DNA of 62,935 nucleotides, the filler included, from Craspedostauros australis (taxonomy: Eukaryota): NCBI GenBank assembly GCA_030167865.1. It is 11 parts of 11 records of this genome, joined end to end, with 100 filler letters (N's around TTAATTAATTAA, not from the genome) between each part and the next. Parts side by side here need not be neighbours in the genome. Positions count along the whole stretch, not along the records: positions 6,766 to 36,269 come from JALAGF010002532.1; positions 36,370 to 40,904 come from JALAGF010002533.1; 9 more parts are not named here. The stretch is one strand, 5' to 3'. The position numbers and the translations under genes are program-made. This document shows, piece after piece, positions 24,734 through 37,837 of the stretch (position 1 is its first letter; each line of letters begins with the position of its first letter). The notes under the pieces were generated by a model. It was not told the origin of the DNA and did no database searches. It was given only the letters and a program-made list of their open reading frames with translations.

Positions 24734-25975
24734 ATGAGGCCAATCACATCCGTGGTATCGATACCGACCGCCGCGTCCCAAAGCACCATGATAGCATCAG
24801 CATCAGCAACAGTGGAGGACGCGAAATCGGATGCCGCGTCCCCCACATTCAAACTCCTGCTACTGGCGGCAATGGTGCTGCAAAACTCGACGACTGTTCT
24901 GGTCAGCAGGTACACGAGGACGGCGGTTCCCAAGGAGGAACTGTACCAAGTCGGCAACCTCATCCTCATCACGGAAGTCGCCAAGCTCATCCTCAGCGCC
25001 ATTTTGGAACAATTGACAGCAGACTCCGCTTCTGATTGTGATGATGGACAAGGCGGTGGCGGCGGCGGTCTGCTTCATTCCATCCAGGTGCACATCGTGG
25101 AACATCCCATGGACGCCCTGAAGAGCTTGGTCCCAGCGCTGCTGTACATGTTCCAGAACTCCCTGTACTACGTCGCCCTGTCGAACTTGGCCGCCCCGAT
25201 CTTTCATGTCACCTACCAGAGCAAGCTCGTCACCACCGCACTGGTCTCCGTCGTCATGCTGAAGCGCAAGTACAGCCCGCAGCAGTGGGTATGCATCGTG
25301 GCGTTGAGCCTGGGGGTGGCCATCGTCGTGCTGGATCAGTCATCGCAGCGGGCCAAGTCGATCGCCACGGCGGCCGATACGGCATCGTTGGTGAAGGGAT
25401 TGTCCGCCGTCACCATGGCGTGCTTCTCGAGCGCGATGGCGGGCGTTTACTTCGAGAAGGTCGTGAAGGCTGGCAGCAATCGTGCCGTCGAGACGGCGGC
25501 CAACGATCAAGCGCGGCCGCCGCCCGTGAGCGTGTGGATGCGCAACATCCAATTGGCATTCTTCACGATCTGCACGAGCATGGCGCGGACGGCATGGAGA
25601 AAATACGCCAGCAGCACGCATGCGGCTGTTGAGAGCACCGCCGACGTGGGCCTCCTGTACGGTTTCACGGGATGGGTATGGCTGCTCGTGTTCTTGCAGG
25701 CCGTCGGCGGGATGCTGGTGGCGGCCGTCATCAAGTACGCCGACAACGTCATGAAGGGTCTCGCCACGGGCGTCTCAGTCTGCGTGTCGACGCTGGTATC
25801 CGTGCTGGTGCTCGGCGAGAAGGCCGGTGGCTCGTCGCTGTCCACCCAGTTCGCCGTCGGGGCCGTCATCATTCTCGCCAGCGTCTACTTCTTCTCCAAT
25901 CCGATCAGGCTGTCGTCGTCAGCAATGAGCGGAGGCAGCAGTGTTGATGGTGGTCGCAAGAACAAGAAGGAGTAG
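24734..25975 (+). CDS. Nucleotide-sugar transporter, SLC35A-like (UDP-Gal/UDP-GlcNAc/CMP-Sia family)
   Basis: 413 aa, about 10 TM segments. Motifs VPALLYMFQNSLYYVALSNL, VTYQSKLVTTA, AGVYFEKVVK, SVWMRNIQL and GGMLVAAVIKYADNVMKG. Confidence 0.93.
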   Translation: MRPITSVVSIPTAASQSTMIASASATVEDAKSDAASPTFKLLLLAAMVLQNSTTVLVSRYTRTAVPKEELYQVGNLILITEVAKLILSAILEQLTADSASDCDDGQGGGGGGLLHSIQVHIVEHPMDALKSLVPALLYMFQNSLYYVALSNLAAPIFHVTYQSKLVTTALVSVVMLKRKYSPQQWVCIVALSLGVAIVVLDQSSQRAKSIATAADTASLVKGLSAVTMACFSSAMAGVYFEKVVKAGSNRAVETAANDQARPPPVSVWMRNIQLAFFTICTSMARTAWRKYASSTHAAVESTADVGLLYGFTGWVWLLVFLQAVGGMLVAAVIKYADNVMKGLATGVSVCVSTLVSVLVLGEKAGGSSLSTQFAVGAVIILASVYFFSNPIRLSSSAMSGGSSVDGGRKNKKE

Positions 25976-26837
25976 AGATCAATCTGCAGCACAGCAATAT
26001 CATCATCATTATTATGGAGCAACAGGCACAAGGCAGTCTCACACACATTTGAATGCGTTGAACGAGCATGAGTAGATGATAGATTGTTCCAGCCGTGCAT
26101 GTAGCTTTTTTGAATCGTGCACGCTCCTCATGGACGAAGCTGATCAAGTTCGTATTTAGTCGACGTAGTCTTTCGATGGAATATCATGGATTACGATTAG
26201 ACGTGCTTACGTCACAGGAGAAACATGAATCCGAACCGTTGGAGATTCCCGCCGTGATTCTGGTGGTCTTGGGAAAGCTCGGAGAAACAGCATCGTCACA
26301 GCTCAGCGACGCGAAGATTCCTTTGGTATCTTCTGTTGTCACTGGTTGCGCTAGCTTGAGCTACCGGAATTCGGAATGGGAGAAGGTAGTAGTATCGCAT
26401 GTTGAACCGCAATACGTCAGCAGCTGACGTAACCCCGAAAACAAGACAGAAAAGAATGGAAAGATGATGATGTCAGCACAGCCGTTGCGTCACGCGGCCA
26501 ATCGAAGCGGAGGCTTGGCTGTTTTGTGCCTGCAGCGTTGCGTTTTCGTTTCCGCATCGTCGATGTCACAATTGCTCTGCGTTGCGATCTCGTTTCCGAA
26601 AGCGTTCCACCTGTGTCACCGCTGGTGATTGAGTGATCTGCTGATCAATCGGCCGAGTTTATCGCCACCCACTCCTTCTCGATTCATGGCATCATCGTTC
26701 CATCACAAATCATAGAATATTTCCCTAGGACAAACAACTACAAACAGAGTTCCATTCTTCTGTCGCATCGCAACAACCCGCGGCCATCCCACATCTAAAC
26801 ACACAACTTCCCAGTCTACTGATACAGACCTGCCAAC

Positions 26838-27689
26838 ATGACATCCATGGCAACGTACTCCGACCAGGCATCGGCCAACGCGGTGCTGTCGCTGAAGCGC
26901 AAGCAAGAGGAAGCGGCTGTCGCCATGGGCTCCCACAAGATGATGAAATTCGAGAACCGCAGCGGCATCACCACCGCCCTCCTGCCAAAGGTCCCATGCG
27001 CAACGACCTCCATGTCCCACACAGCTCCGCTGATGCCGCATCCCAAGTCCGCGAGGCCCGTGAAGCGCCGCGTGAGCACCTCCAAGGCCCGCGAGATCAG
27101 GCTGGAGCAGAACAGGAAGGCAGCGAAGGAGTCGCGTCGACGCAAGAAGGGCATGGTCGAGGAGCTGCAGCGCAGCGTCATCTTCTTCTCCAGGGCCAAC
27201 GGCGCCCTCAAGCAGCAGAACGACGAGCTCACCCGCATCCTCCTGCAGGCGCAGGCCAAGGTGGCCCTGATAGAGCAGCACGCGCTCCTGCAGAAGCAGC
27301 AGCAGGAACGCGCCAAGCAGCAGCAGTTGAAGGAGCAGGCGGCATCGGCACCAGAGCACTCTGGCGCGCAGCCCGCGGCTTGCAACAACAGCGCGCAGGG
27401 CACCATCAACGAAGCCTTCGCCATGCCGCAGATGCAACCGGGTGCATCCATGAAGGCCATGGCCAGCTTCCAGCAGGCCGCAACCGCAGCGATGCAGGCC
27501 GCTGTGCAGGGCATGGGGCAGCAGGCAGCACCGCAGCCGGCACCGACCCACACCGCACTCATCCAAGATGCTGCAGCTGCCATGATCACGGCGCAGCAGC
27601 ATGCGGCCTTCAACAACGCGGTTGCCAGCCTCGTCATGCAAGCGGCCAACAACGCCAAGGAGATGAACGGCGATAGTCGGAAGGCCTAA
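26838..27689 (+). CDS. bZIP transcription factor
   Basis: Basic region RLEQNRKAAKESRRRKK followed by a heptad zipper (LQRSVIFFSRANGALKQQNDEL) and a Q/A-rich tail. Confidence 0.9.
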   Translation: MTSMATYSDQASANAVLSLKRKQEEAAVAMGSHKMMKFENRSGITTALLPKVPCATTSMSHTAPLMPHPKSARPVKRRVSTSKAREIRLEQNRKAAKESRRRKKGMVEELQRSVIFFSRANGALKQQNDELTRILLQAQAKVALIEQHALLQKQQQERAKQQQLKEQAASAPEHSGAQPAACNNSAQGTINEAFAMPQMQPGASMKAMASFQQAATAAMQAAVQGMGQQAAPQPAPTHTALIQDAAAAMITAQQHAAFNNAVASLVMQAANNAKEMNGDSRKA

Positions 27690-29336
27690 GGCGACACCGC
27701 GGTCGCTTGCCATCCATCGCGTTTGCAGCGCGGCGTCATTCTCGTTACGTAGGCTGAACATTGTGCGTAGCAACAACGGCTTCGAATGGGACACGCCCCG
27801 AATGGCTTTGCTCGTACTCTTTTCTCCAGTTTTGGTTCCCAGGTGATACTTACTCTCTACACGCTCATATCATACACACCGGTGTACTCCCAGGGAGCAC
27901 ATCGCCTGTATGGTGTGGCCATCCACGATACGGCATGCATCATCTCAAACATTAAATCATTTTAGCTTCTGTGTCACATTACCACAACAACGACGGCAAC
28001 AGTAACACAACAGTTAGCATTTCATTCGAGGCCTATCGCATTTCACATGTGCAACCCGTTCCAATGCAGAAACGGCAACTGCCTCCCATGCTCATGTTGA
28101 CGCTGAGGTTGCCGAACCCAAACTGCTGCTGATGTCATCTCCCGAAAATGTCAACACAGATGACGTCCTACTCGCTCCACTTGCGTAGTTTTCTATGTTT
28201 GATGGAAAGCTAGGACGATAACATGTGTTCGTCGGAAACCTTCGGGAGTTGCGGTAGTATATATTCAATTTGTAACGACAACGCCCAATCTCAACAAGTG
28301 AACACGTGGTCAGCTGTGACGTCGCGAAGCGATTATTTGTTGCGCATCAACAAAGAGTCGAGCAAGTCCAAAGGGAGAGTTTAGTCACGCGCTTTCTTGT
28401 CTTTCGATGGGGCACTAGTAACTGCATTGGATAAATGTCATGACAACTCGGGAGTGCACAAGAGTCCCAAGGGATTGGTCATGGCTGTGGCGAATCCGCA
28501 CAACGACATGAAAAAAACGACCACATAAGTAACACATGCACAATTCGCATTCTTCTTGGGTCCTCAATCAACGACGGATATTTTTGGTCCTGGGTGTGTT
28601 GTTGGTCGTTGTTCGTTGTTTGTTCACCGCGGTAGCAATTGTCACGCCGTTCACTAATTCCGGTTGGGCTTTTCCATCTCTCGCATTGGCACCGCGGGAG
28701 AAACACGCGTCTCACTCGCTCTGGTCGCAATGGTCATGCGCCCCGCCGGTGTGGGAGCGAGAAGTTTGCGCCTCCTCCCTCTTTGCCATACATGTTCTTG
28801 GTACCGTCGTATTATCCGGCAACGCAAACAGATGGCACCCACCGACGGCAGCAGCAGCAACAGTAACGACAACAACAACAAGCTTCTCCCCGCTCAACAC
28901 ATAGCGCAGCCTTCGTGGTCAACGAGGTACCCATCGGCCGTGCCCCTGCCTCCCTCACCATCCTTGATGCCATTCGTCCAACAAAATTTGAAAGTTCCGT
29001 CGCTGCTGACCATCATTGCTCATCAACGAGCTCATCGACGAGTGTCAAATCCCCACATCGACTCCACAGCCCACAGTCATCGCAGAGCAGGCCAGAGCGC
29101 TGCACCTAACCAATACTCTGCTGTCTTGCCCACCAATACACACCTGGCAGTCACAGCATCGAAGAGTCCCCATCGCTCGGCTCCAAATACAAGTAGAGTA
29201 GAGTAGAGTAGAGTCATCTGCATTGCCACCAACATCAGAAGTGCATAAGCAGCAGTAGTTGCAGCAGCCACCAACAACACCACCACCACCAACAACAACA
29301 ACACCCAGAGTGCTTGACGAGACGACCTGGATAGCC

Positions 29337-31010
29337 ATGGGGCAACACACAACTGGCCAGTATGTCGCCCTTGCGGTGGCGCTGACGACCAGCAGTCTGC
29401 TGTCGATCGTCTGCTCGATCCTGATCATCATGCAAATCAAGAAGGACCTCAAGAAGGTGTACCATCGCATCCTGCTCATGATCTGTCTGGGAGATCTGGT
29501 GATGAGTATATCCAATCTATTCCACCCGTACCTTCTGGACTCCGAGAGAAGTCCCGCTCCGTACGCTGTTGGGAACGCGGCCTCGTGCTCTGCCATGGGC
29601 TTCTTCCTCTACGGTTCGTTCATCTTCCTCTCGATCCACAGCTCCCTCCTCTCCATCAACTTCCTTCTGCAGATCCGTTTCAAGTGGACGGAGGAAAAGA
29701 TCAAGAAACGGGCGGAGATCATATTCCATATCATCGCCACGACGGTTGGTTTCGGAATTCCACTCGCTGCAATCGCGACGCAGGGGATATCGGCATCGGA
29801 TCAGATTGGACTTTGCGTGATGATCGCCTACCCGCTCGGTTGCACAACAGATGACGACGTAGAATGCGAGCGCGGAGAGATTACGGAGACGTATGTGGCA
29901 CCCATGCAATCCTACACGACCTACTTCTTCGGACTGCTGGGCTTCATCTGCACCTTTATCCTTTACCGCACGGTCCGCAGCATTACCCTTCAGAGCGGAC
30001 GTCATGCATTCGGTGGCGAGGCAGCGACGCCGGACAACGCGCAGCAGAAACGGCTGCGGCTGGTGTCGAGACAATGCGTCATGTACGCTCTGTAAGTTCC
30101 ATCGCTGATTGAATCTTGCTTGGGTTGCCACGAGTCAGGCCCTGTTGTTTGTGCTGGAGACGCCGTCGTACATTGCATTGTGCTGCCTGGCGTGGTGCAC
30201 GCAACAGTCCAGACTGCAGCCTTCAATTAGGCAGGAATCTACTCCCACAGAAATTCGCGCTGTCCACAACTCGGCTGGACTCAACTCAACTCACACCGAT
30301 ACCTTCGTCACATCCACATCAACACTTGCCTCTTCCAACTGCATCGAATTGAATCGAATGGAATGGAATGAACACCAAACATCGCTGTCGTCACCAATTT
30401 CATCCGCAGCGCATACTTCAACACCATCCTTTGGCCGGGCGTGACTCAATTAGCATTGACCATGATTGACCTCGAAGAGCACGAAGGCGAATTCGGGATC
30501 TTTGCTCTGAAGTTCGTGGCATTCCTCTTCTACCCGCTGCAAGGATTCTTCAACTTCATCATCTTCATCATACCAAGGTATCAGCAATGGAGAAGGGCGC
30601 TGCCGGACGAGCCATGGATGTACGTTCTGCGGTGCTCTATATCCAGCCAGGATGTGCCCAAGGCTCGCGGTGTAGGGTCGCGGACAGGTTCCGCAAGATC
30701 CCAGTACACCTCAGAAACGTCGCATAGGTGCACCTTCGGCAGACCGGGATCAGGTAGATGTCAGGTATCTGAATCGTTCAGCGCTACAAGGCATGCGCCA
30801 CAGGCATCGTCACCGCCCGCAACAGAGCAAAAGGAATGCAACAGCCCTGAGAGGTCATCAGATGAAAACGAACCAGATATGAGCAAGGTGGTGAAGGAGG
30901 AGGAGAAATCCAACTGCGCAAGTCGGGACCACGAGGAAGCATCCAATTCAGGCAGCCCCACAGAATCACTTGACGACAGCCAGCAGAGCACCGATGATGT
31001 GCGCACATGA
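29337..31010 (+). CDS. GPCR-like 7TM receptor (cAMP-receptor/Git3-like), copy 1; exons ~29337-30091 and 30410-31010
   Basis: VYHRILLMICLGD, GNAASCSAMGF, YPLGC..C and TM7 FYPLQGFFNFIIF. A phase-2 intron at 30092-30409 (GTAAGT...CAG) restores MYAL-AYFNTILWP. The start is uncertain. Confidence 0.85.
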
Positions 31011-32973
31011 TGGTCCGGGATGGTCTCCATCCATGCAATGGCATCTACATGCTGATCATGACCAGTGATCGTGCTCGTCGCTTGCCCAGCTTCTCTGCCG
31101 CCGCCGCCATCATCGCTTCCTCCTCCAGTCGCCAGCTCCGGATCCGATGTCGATCGTAACAGCAATTGCATTCACGTGACATCAGATCGCGCTCGCCGTA
31201 CCAGCCGTGGTCCTCATTCCCGATCGGCAAACTGTCCAGCTCCCTCATGCCTGAGCACAAACGTGATCCGATGTTGACGAAGCCAAGCTCCGCTCGGGGC
31301 TGAATCTGCAGGAGGCTGTCAACTCCAGCACATATCGATACGATATTCAGAGTATTCACGAGTGCAATCAATCAACTCCGCGCTCGGTGCTACCGCAGGG
31401 AGGCTCCTTTGGTATCACAGCAGCAGCCTTTCGAGCATTGCTGAGCCGTATGCGAGATCGACGATCAAGGATGGGCTCAAGACACGTGACGGCCAAGCAA
31501 GCACCACATTTGCATCCATCGGCGTGCACTCGACACGGCTACGGCCAACCAAGTACCGCGTTTGCATCCATTGGTCCGCAACACACAGATAGACCATGTG
31601 GTACTGCGAAAAGGAGAAACGATATGGCAGCTCTGCAGTAGGAGCACGCTCTGCCACCTGTGCGTGTCGACCCTTTGGCGATCCCATTATGCCAATACTC
31701 GTACGGCCGTGGAAATCATGCTTTGCGCTGACGACGTGTCCTGCATGCGGAGAGAGCGCTGACACTTGGGATGCTGTGGAGCGAAGGCCTCGGACCGCCA
31801 TGCTCCAGCCAACTCCAAATGCAAGAAGAAGGACTGCTCTACGTCTTATGCTGGGACTCTAGACTGGGACTCATGCCGTTGCCTCGCACTTGTGCTATGA
31901 ACTAATCTTTGCTCGGTCTAGAAAGACGACTACGGTTTCTTCCCACACATCATGTGGGAGCTATGTGGAATGTACTAAATAATCATAAATGACTTAGCTA
32001 TCTGAGACGTGCATGGTGAGTCACTATGCCATCTTGCTCGAAGTTGGTTCTTTTGGGGATCTTCAGCAAGCTGGAAAAGGCCACAAAGACGTGTTTTTCT
32101 CTGATGACACTTATTCTCTTCTCAACACAACACTCGAAGAACAAAACTGAAGATCTTGACATCTTCCAAGCAAAGCTGGTGACAATCGATGGGTCATGGT
32201 CGCAAGGAACCATATCAAAGCTGTTGAAGAGAATGATGCACTAAGTAGAAATTCATATGTAGTGTAAGTTGCATTCTTGTTCTTCGCAAACATGTAGTGC
32301 CTTAGTATGGGAAAATGTTTGTGCGCGGGAAAATGTTGCTCGCAAGTTGATCCCGATTACATCATGCTTCGTGTTGTTGTCGCTTAAACAATTGACTCCG
32401 TTGCGAAACGTGATCTGTCGAGATGGAGGCGAAAAACTTTTTTTCACCGAAGGGGACGGGAATTCCTGTCACGCCCAACGCGCTTTGGGTTGTTGCCTGT
32501 TTCTTGGTGCCTCCTGTGTGTGTTGGTGTGCTTGTTGCTTTCTCTTGTTCGCACGACAGCATCACAATGGACAGCACACAGGTTGTGGCTGCCACCAACG
32601 TGCTTCTCCTGCTTGCATCCACACACACACACACTTCACGGTCCGCCCCCCTTGGCGTTTGTGCTGCTGTTTGTTCAACAAACTGGAAGCTCCATCGCTG
32701 TCGATCATCTTTGCCCATCACATCCTCGCACTCTGGGCTGCATGACGGAGCAATTTCCAGGACTATACCGTACGAGCTGCTCTGTTGACTTGCCTGCACA
32801 CGCCTGGAACTCACAGCATCACAGAGTCCTGTTTCTCTGGCGTGGCTCGTAGGTGCTCGCGCCATCCTTCGCGCCAATCTTGGCCGTGATCATCAGCAAC
32901 AGAAGCCATAGAAACAGCAGGAGCCGCTGCTGTCAACACCCACACCCACAGAGCAATCGACGAGACGACCTGG

Positions 32974-34724
32974 ATGGTCACGAAACTACATACAACTGGC
33001 CAGTATGTCGCCCTTGCGGCGGCGCTGGCGACCAGCAGTCTGATGTCGATCATCTGCTCGATCCTGATCATCATCCAGGTCAAGAAGGACCTCAAGAAGG
33101 TGTACCATCGCATCCTGCTCATGATCTGTCTGGGAGATCTGGCGATGAGCATGTCCAACATAATCCACCCGTACCTCCTCGACTCCGAGAGGACCACCGC
33201 TCCCTACGCAATTGGGAATACGGCGTCGTGCTCCGTTATGGGTTTCTTCCTCTACGGTCCATTCATCTTCCTCTCGATCCACAGCTCCTTCCTCTCTATC
33301 AGTTTCCTCCTGCAAATCCGCTTCAAGTGGACGGAGGACCAGGTCAGGAAATGGGCCGAGACGACATTCCATATATTCGCCACAACGGTCGGTCTCGGCA
33401 TTCCAATCGCAGCAATTGCGACGCAGGGGATGACAACCTCGGAGCAGATCGGGCTTTGCTTGATGATCGCCTACCCGCACGGTTGCATCATAGATGACGA
33501 CATTGAATGCGAGCGTGGAGAGATCACGGAGACGTATGTGGCGCCCATACAATCCTACACGACCTACTTCTTCGGATTGCTGGGCTTTACCTGCACCTTC
33601 ATCCTTTACCGCACAGTCCGCAGCATCACTCTTCAGAGCGAACGTCATACATTCGGCGGCGACGAATCTGCGCTGGACGATAGCAAGAAGAAACGGCTGC
33701 GGCTGGTGTCGAGACAATGCGTTATGTACGCTCTGTAAGTTCCATGGCTGATTGAATCGGATCGGATCCGGTGGTTGCGCTGGAGGTGCTGTCACGTACG
33801 CATCGCATTGCTCTGCACTTCACTGTCTTGCTTTCTATTGCATTACGCTGCGCCCGTGGTATGCGTGCCATTGTGAAGGTTGTTACATTCTGCAGCACAG
33901 TCGAAGACGATGGCGTTTGTTGGAACAATAGGACAGCAACGCAAAGAGCACGAACTTTACCCTGTTCACCATCCAGCTTACCCCAAGCCAACTCAATTCA
34001 ACTCACACTGATGTCTCTTGCCACATCCACATTTGTCTTCTCCATGGAATGGGATGGGTTTGACGTGGATTGGAATGACAATTCCTGTACCACCGATGCT
34101 GGTATCGCCAACGCCATCTGCAGCGCATATTTCAACACCATCCTTTGGCCGGGCGTGACTCAACTCATTTTGACATTCATTGACTTCGACGAGCACAAAG
34201 GTGAATTTGGGATCTTTGCGCTGAAGTTCGTGGCATTCCTCTTCTACCCACTGCAAGGATTCTTCAACTTCATCATCTTCATCATGCCGAGGTACCAGCA
34301 ATGGAGAAGAGCGCTGCCTGATGAACCATGGATGTACGTGCTGCGGTGCTCCATATCCAGCCGGGATGTGCCCAAGGCTCGGGGTGTAGGGTCGCGGATA
34401 GGCTCCATCAGATCCCAGTACACTTCTGAAGTTTCGCAGAAGTTTACCTACAGCAGACCTGTATCTGGTAGATCACATGCATCTGAACCGTTCAGAGTTA
34501 CAAGGCACGCTGCGCAAGCATTGTCGCCATCTGCAGCAAAGCACAAAGAATGCAGCAGTCCCAACAGACCATCACGTGAAACTGAACCCGGTGCGAGCAC
34601 TGCAGAGGAGGAGGAGAAGGAATCCAACACCACTGATCGAGAGCATGAAGAGACATCCGATTCAGTCAGCCCGACAGAGGCACTTGACGATAGCCAACAG
34701 AGCACCAATGAAACTCGCACATGA
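32974..34724 (+). CDS. GPCR-like 7TM receptor, copy 2 (tandem paralog); exons 32974-33734 and 34124-34724
   Basis: Highly similar to copy 1, with the intron at the same position (33735-34123). Confidence 0.85.
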
Positions 34725-36369
34725 TGGTCCTGGCATGGTCTCCATCCATTGAGTTCAACGGTATGTACGTCGTGGTCATGACACAAATCATGCTCCTGAT
34801 GCGCCCAACTCATTCGCCTCCTCCACTCGCCGGCTCTGACTTTGACGGCGACAAAGATCAGGGCTGCATTTGCGTCGCATCTGATCACGCTCTCCGTACC
34901 GGTCATGATCCTCACTTCTGATTGGGAGATCATTTTGTGCCGAACCATCTGAGTACAAACGCAAGATCCGATGTCAATGGGAGCAAGTCGACGTCGAAGT
35001 TGAACCTGTTGGGAGTTCGCGACTGCAGCGCTTGCCGACAAGACATCATGAGTGTTCACGAACGCAATCAATTGAATGTAGCCTCGTCGCTGTCGCAGAA
35101 TCCCGCGATGAACCAAATGGCTCAGAGAGGCTCGCTCTGATACCACAAAAGCATGTGGCATTGTGAGAAGAAGAAACAATACGATGGCGCATCCTGACAC
35201 ACAAGTCATGCAGAATGCTCCGCTACACCCTTCAGCACCTCCGTTGTCGACGTGCAGGACACTGTCCGGAGACAGGAGAGGCGACATTCTTTCACCTCGA
35301 CTGGACCCTTGCCGAATCTGCATCTGCTGCTGCGCGACAAGATGATTCGAACCAGGGAACTGCGGCTTCGTGTGGGACGGTGGGAGAAGCAAGGAGAGGA
35401 CGACCTTGCTCGGGAGTGGACGAGTCGGCCAGATTCTGGAAGGGTTGTCACTTGGAGAGAGACTGTTGAGACGACTACCACAGCACAGGCTCGGTCCTGT
35501 TGGGTTTCTTCGAATTGAAAAGGAAGTTGTCGATGGCATCCATGCTGTCAGCAACCGCGCATGAGGGCAGGCTGGACAACAAGCTCAATGCCTGCGATGT
35601 TTGGCGAAAACTATACCTCTCTGGAACAGGCAAGATGTTGACCTGGCGACGCTGTGATTCATGAAGAGGATGTGCACGACCTCTAGCCTCGAGCAGAGTC
35701 TCCATCGGGTTCATGACATGACCAAAGATAGAGCTTTTCTCCACACAAGCATAGCAGAGCAACAGCGCTTCGACATGCACGCAGCCGTTCCCATTAGTCC
35801 TCTGTTCATGGCTCGTACCTCAGCCCGATAGACGTTGCTGTTACGACATTTCCCTTTGTCCGCATTCGCACACACGTGGCTCTCGGGCTGGATAATAGAT
35901 TAATTCTCCACACAAACAACCACGAGGGGCGTGGCCATGCTGGGAATGGAGCCTTTCGGCGTTCAGTGTTGCCGATGTGGGGAGATTGCGTGGTGGTCGT
36001 GTTTCTCGGTGCCGGTTGCTCGTTCTTGTTTTTGCGTTCTGTGGCGGGAATTCGTGAATGCCTATGTGGCAACAACCACAGAGAGAGTAGAGGCCTATCG
36101 CATTTCACATTCACACCCCTGTGCTCATGTCACATGTGGCACTCACGTTCGGATTTCACATTGGTACTCGTGACTAGTTCGTGATCTACTCAGAAAGACG
36201 ACCAACATGACTGAATCGGCTTCTCTTCTGTAGAATAGAGCTCTAGTTTAGACTGCTCTGATATGAATGNNNNNNNNNNNNNNNNNNNNNNNNNNNNNNN
36301 NNNNNNNNNNNNNTTAATTAATTAANNNNNNNNNNNNNNNNNNNNNNNNNNNNNNNNNNNNNNNNNNNN

Positions 36370-36795
36370 GAGATCTGACGGTGCATGCTTGTCAGGGATG
36401 GATACATATGGGGTATATGGAGACAATGAGATGCGCAGGTGGTCGAAACGAGATGGTTATGGGCATCATCTTGGATGGCAAAGTGATGGCACCATGGTCC
36501 CATCCAGAGTTTTGCGGCACACACAATCCCACGTTATCAACAAAAATGCTGTTAAATTTGAAGTTAATTTTAATTTAAGTTCAATATTCCTATACATCGC
36601 AAGTTNNNNNNNNNNNNNNNNNNNNNNNNNNNNNNNNNNNNNNNNNNNNNNNNNNGATATAGCATCATAAGCACTTTTTGGGATGGATTGCATTTTTGCT
36701 CTAGACTGGACTACGCAACACGACTAATCCCACGTTGGAGGGCAAAAAACTCTACAACTAGTGCTATCGCTTTGCCGAGTGAGTGAGGTGGAAGG
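36370..36795. mobile_element. Terminus of a TA-targeting DNA transposon, inserted into a transposase gene
   Basis: Near-identical to 61992-62417. Both copies end ...GAGTGAGGTGGAAGG followed by TA, after which the flanks diverge. Confidence 0.8.
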
Positions 36796-37283
36796 TAATG
36801 TGCCTTGCTGATTGGGAGATGAGGGTGTTTTGGTTCCCAGGTGCGAAAATCGGTGCCATCGACGGTCACTGCGAAGACTGGCGCGTTGGGGTGATCCAGC
36901 GACCTCTTCTCCCAGACGATCTTCTTTTCGCGGAGTGCTGCGATCCGCTTGATCCACTTCCAAATCGCCTTTCCTCGTGCGTATCTCTCGCAAACACCGA
37001 AGCGGGATACGATGACACCCGAGTTTTTTGGGTAAGTCCACAGGAAGAAGTGGGCAATCATGAAGAATTGGAATCCTTTCATTGACTGTTCTTGTGCGTC
37101 GATGGCTGCCGCACGGATGGTTGTGTGACACAAGTCATACCAAATCTCTGCGACGTCCAGTGGGTTGGAACCATAATGCTGACGGAACAGAACCGTCAGG
37201 GCTTCAATGGCCTTCCACTTCGTGTCCTGGATCCCCACCAACTCGAGCCCAAGCGTGAGGACGGTGTTTGCGCTGAGGAACAT
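36796..37283 (-). pseudogene. PIF/Harbinger-like (DDE_Tnp_4-type) transposase, N-terminal half, interrupted by an insertion
   Basis: FRQHYGS, FLWTYPKN, TVDGTDF. Homologous to 41005-41760 and 43669-44246; the homology stops at the TA at 36796. Confidence 0.85.
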
Positions 37284-37414
37284 GATGCGTAGAATAGATG
37301 AGATGATGTTGACTATCGTGATTGATCCTGTGAATTGGTGGAGTTGTTGTTCTTATGATTGGTGCATTGACTGTTGCTGCCATGTTTGTTTCCGTCGTAG
37401 TCGTAGTCGCAATC

Positions 37415-37449
<35 letters not shown>

Positions 37450-37837
37450 CCGTGCTGCGACGTTGATGTTCGTCTTGTTGTTGCTGCTGCTGATAGCGGT
37501 GATGATGATGTTGGCTCTGAATTAGCGAGCGTGTTAGGCATGCGCCGGCCGCTGGCAACACATCAGTCCAAAATAACGGAAAGACGGGAAATAGCAGCGT
37601 GCAAGCATTCAACTACATGTATGCACTATGACAGGGATAGAGCAAGGTAGTTTGGCGACGTGTAGCAAACACGGGAGATGCCATTCTGCGACGGTTGCTC
37701 GTTGGTTTCGATGAACCCATTGTCGCCAAGTGGTAGGCATGACACAGATCGTCGTGATTGCGCCCGTTGTTGCTGTTGCCCATGTTACTGTCGAGGAACG
37801 CACGATGCCATCACAAATCAACCAATTACAGAGCAGG

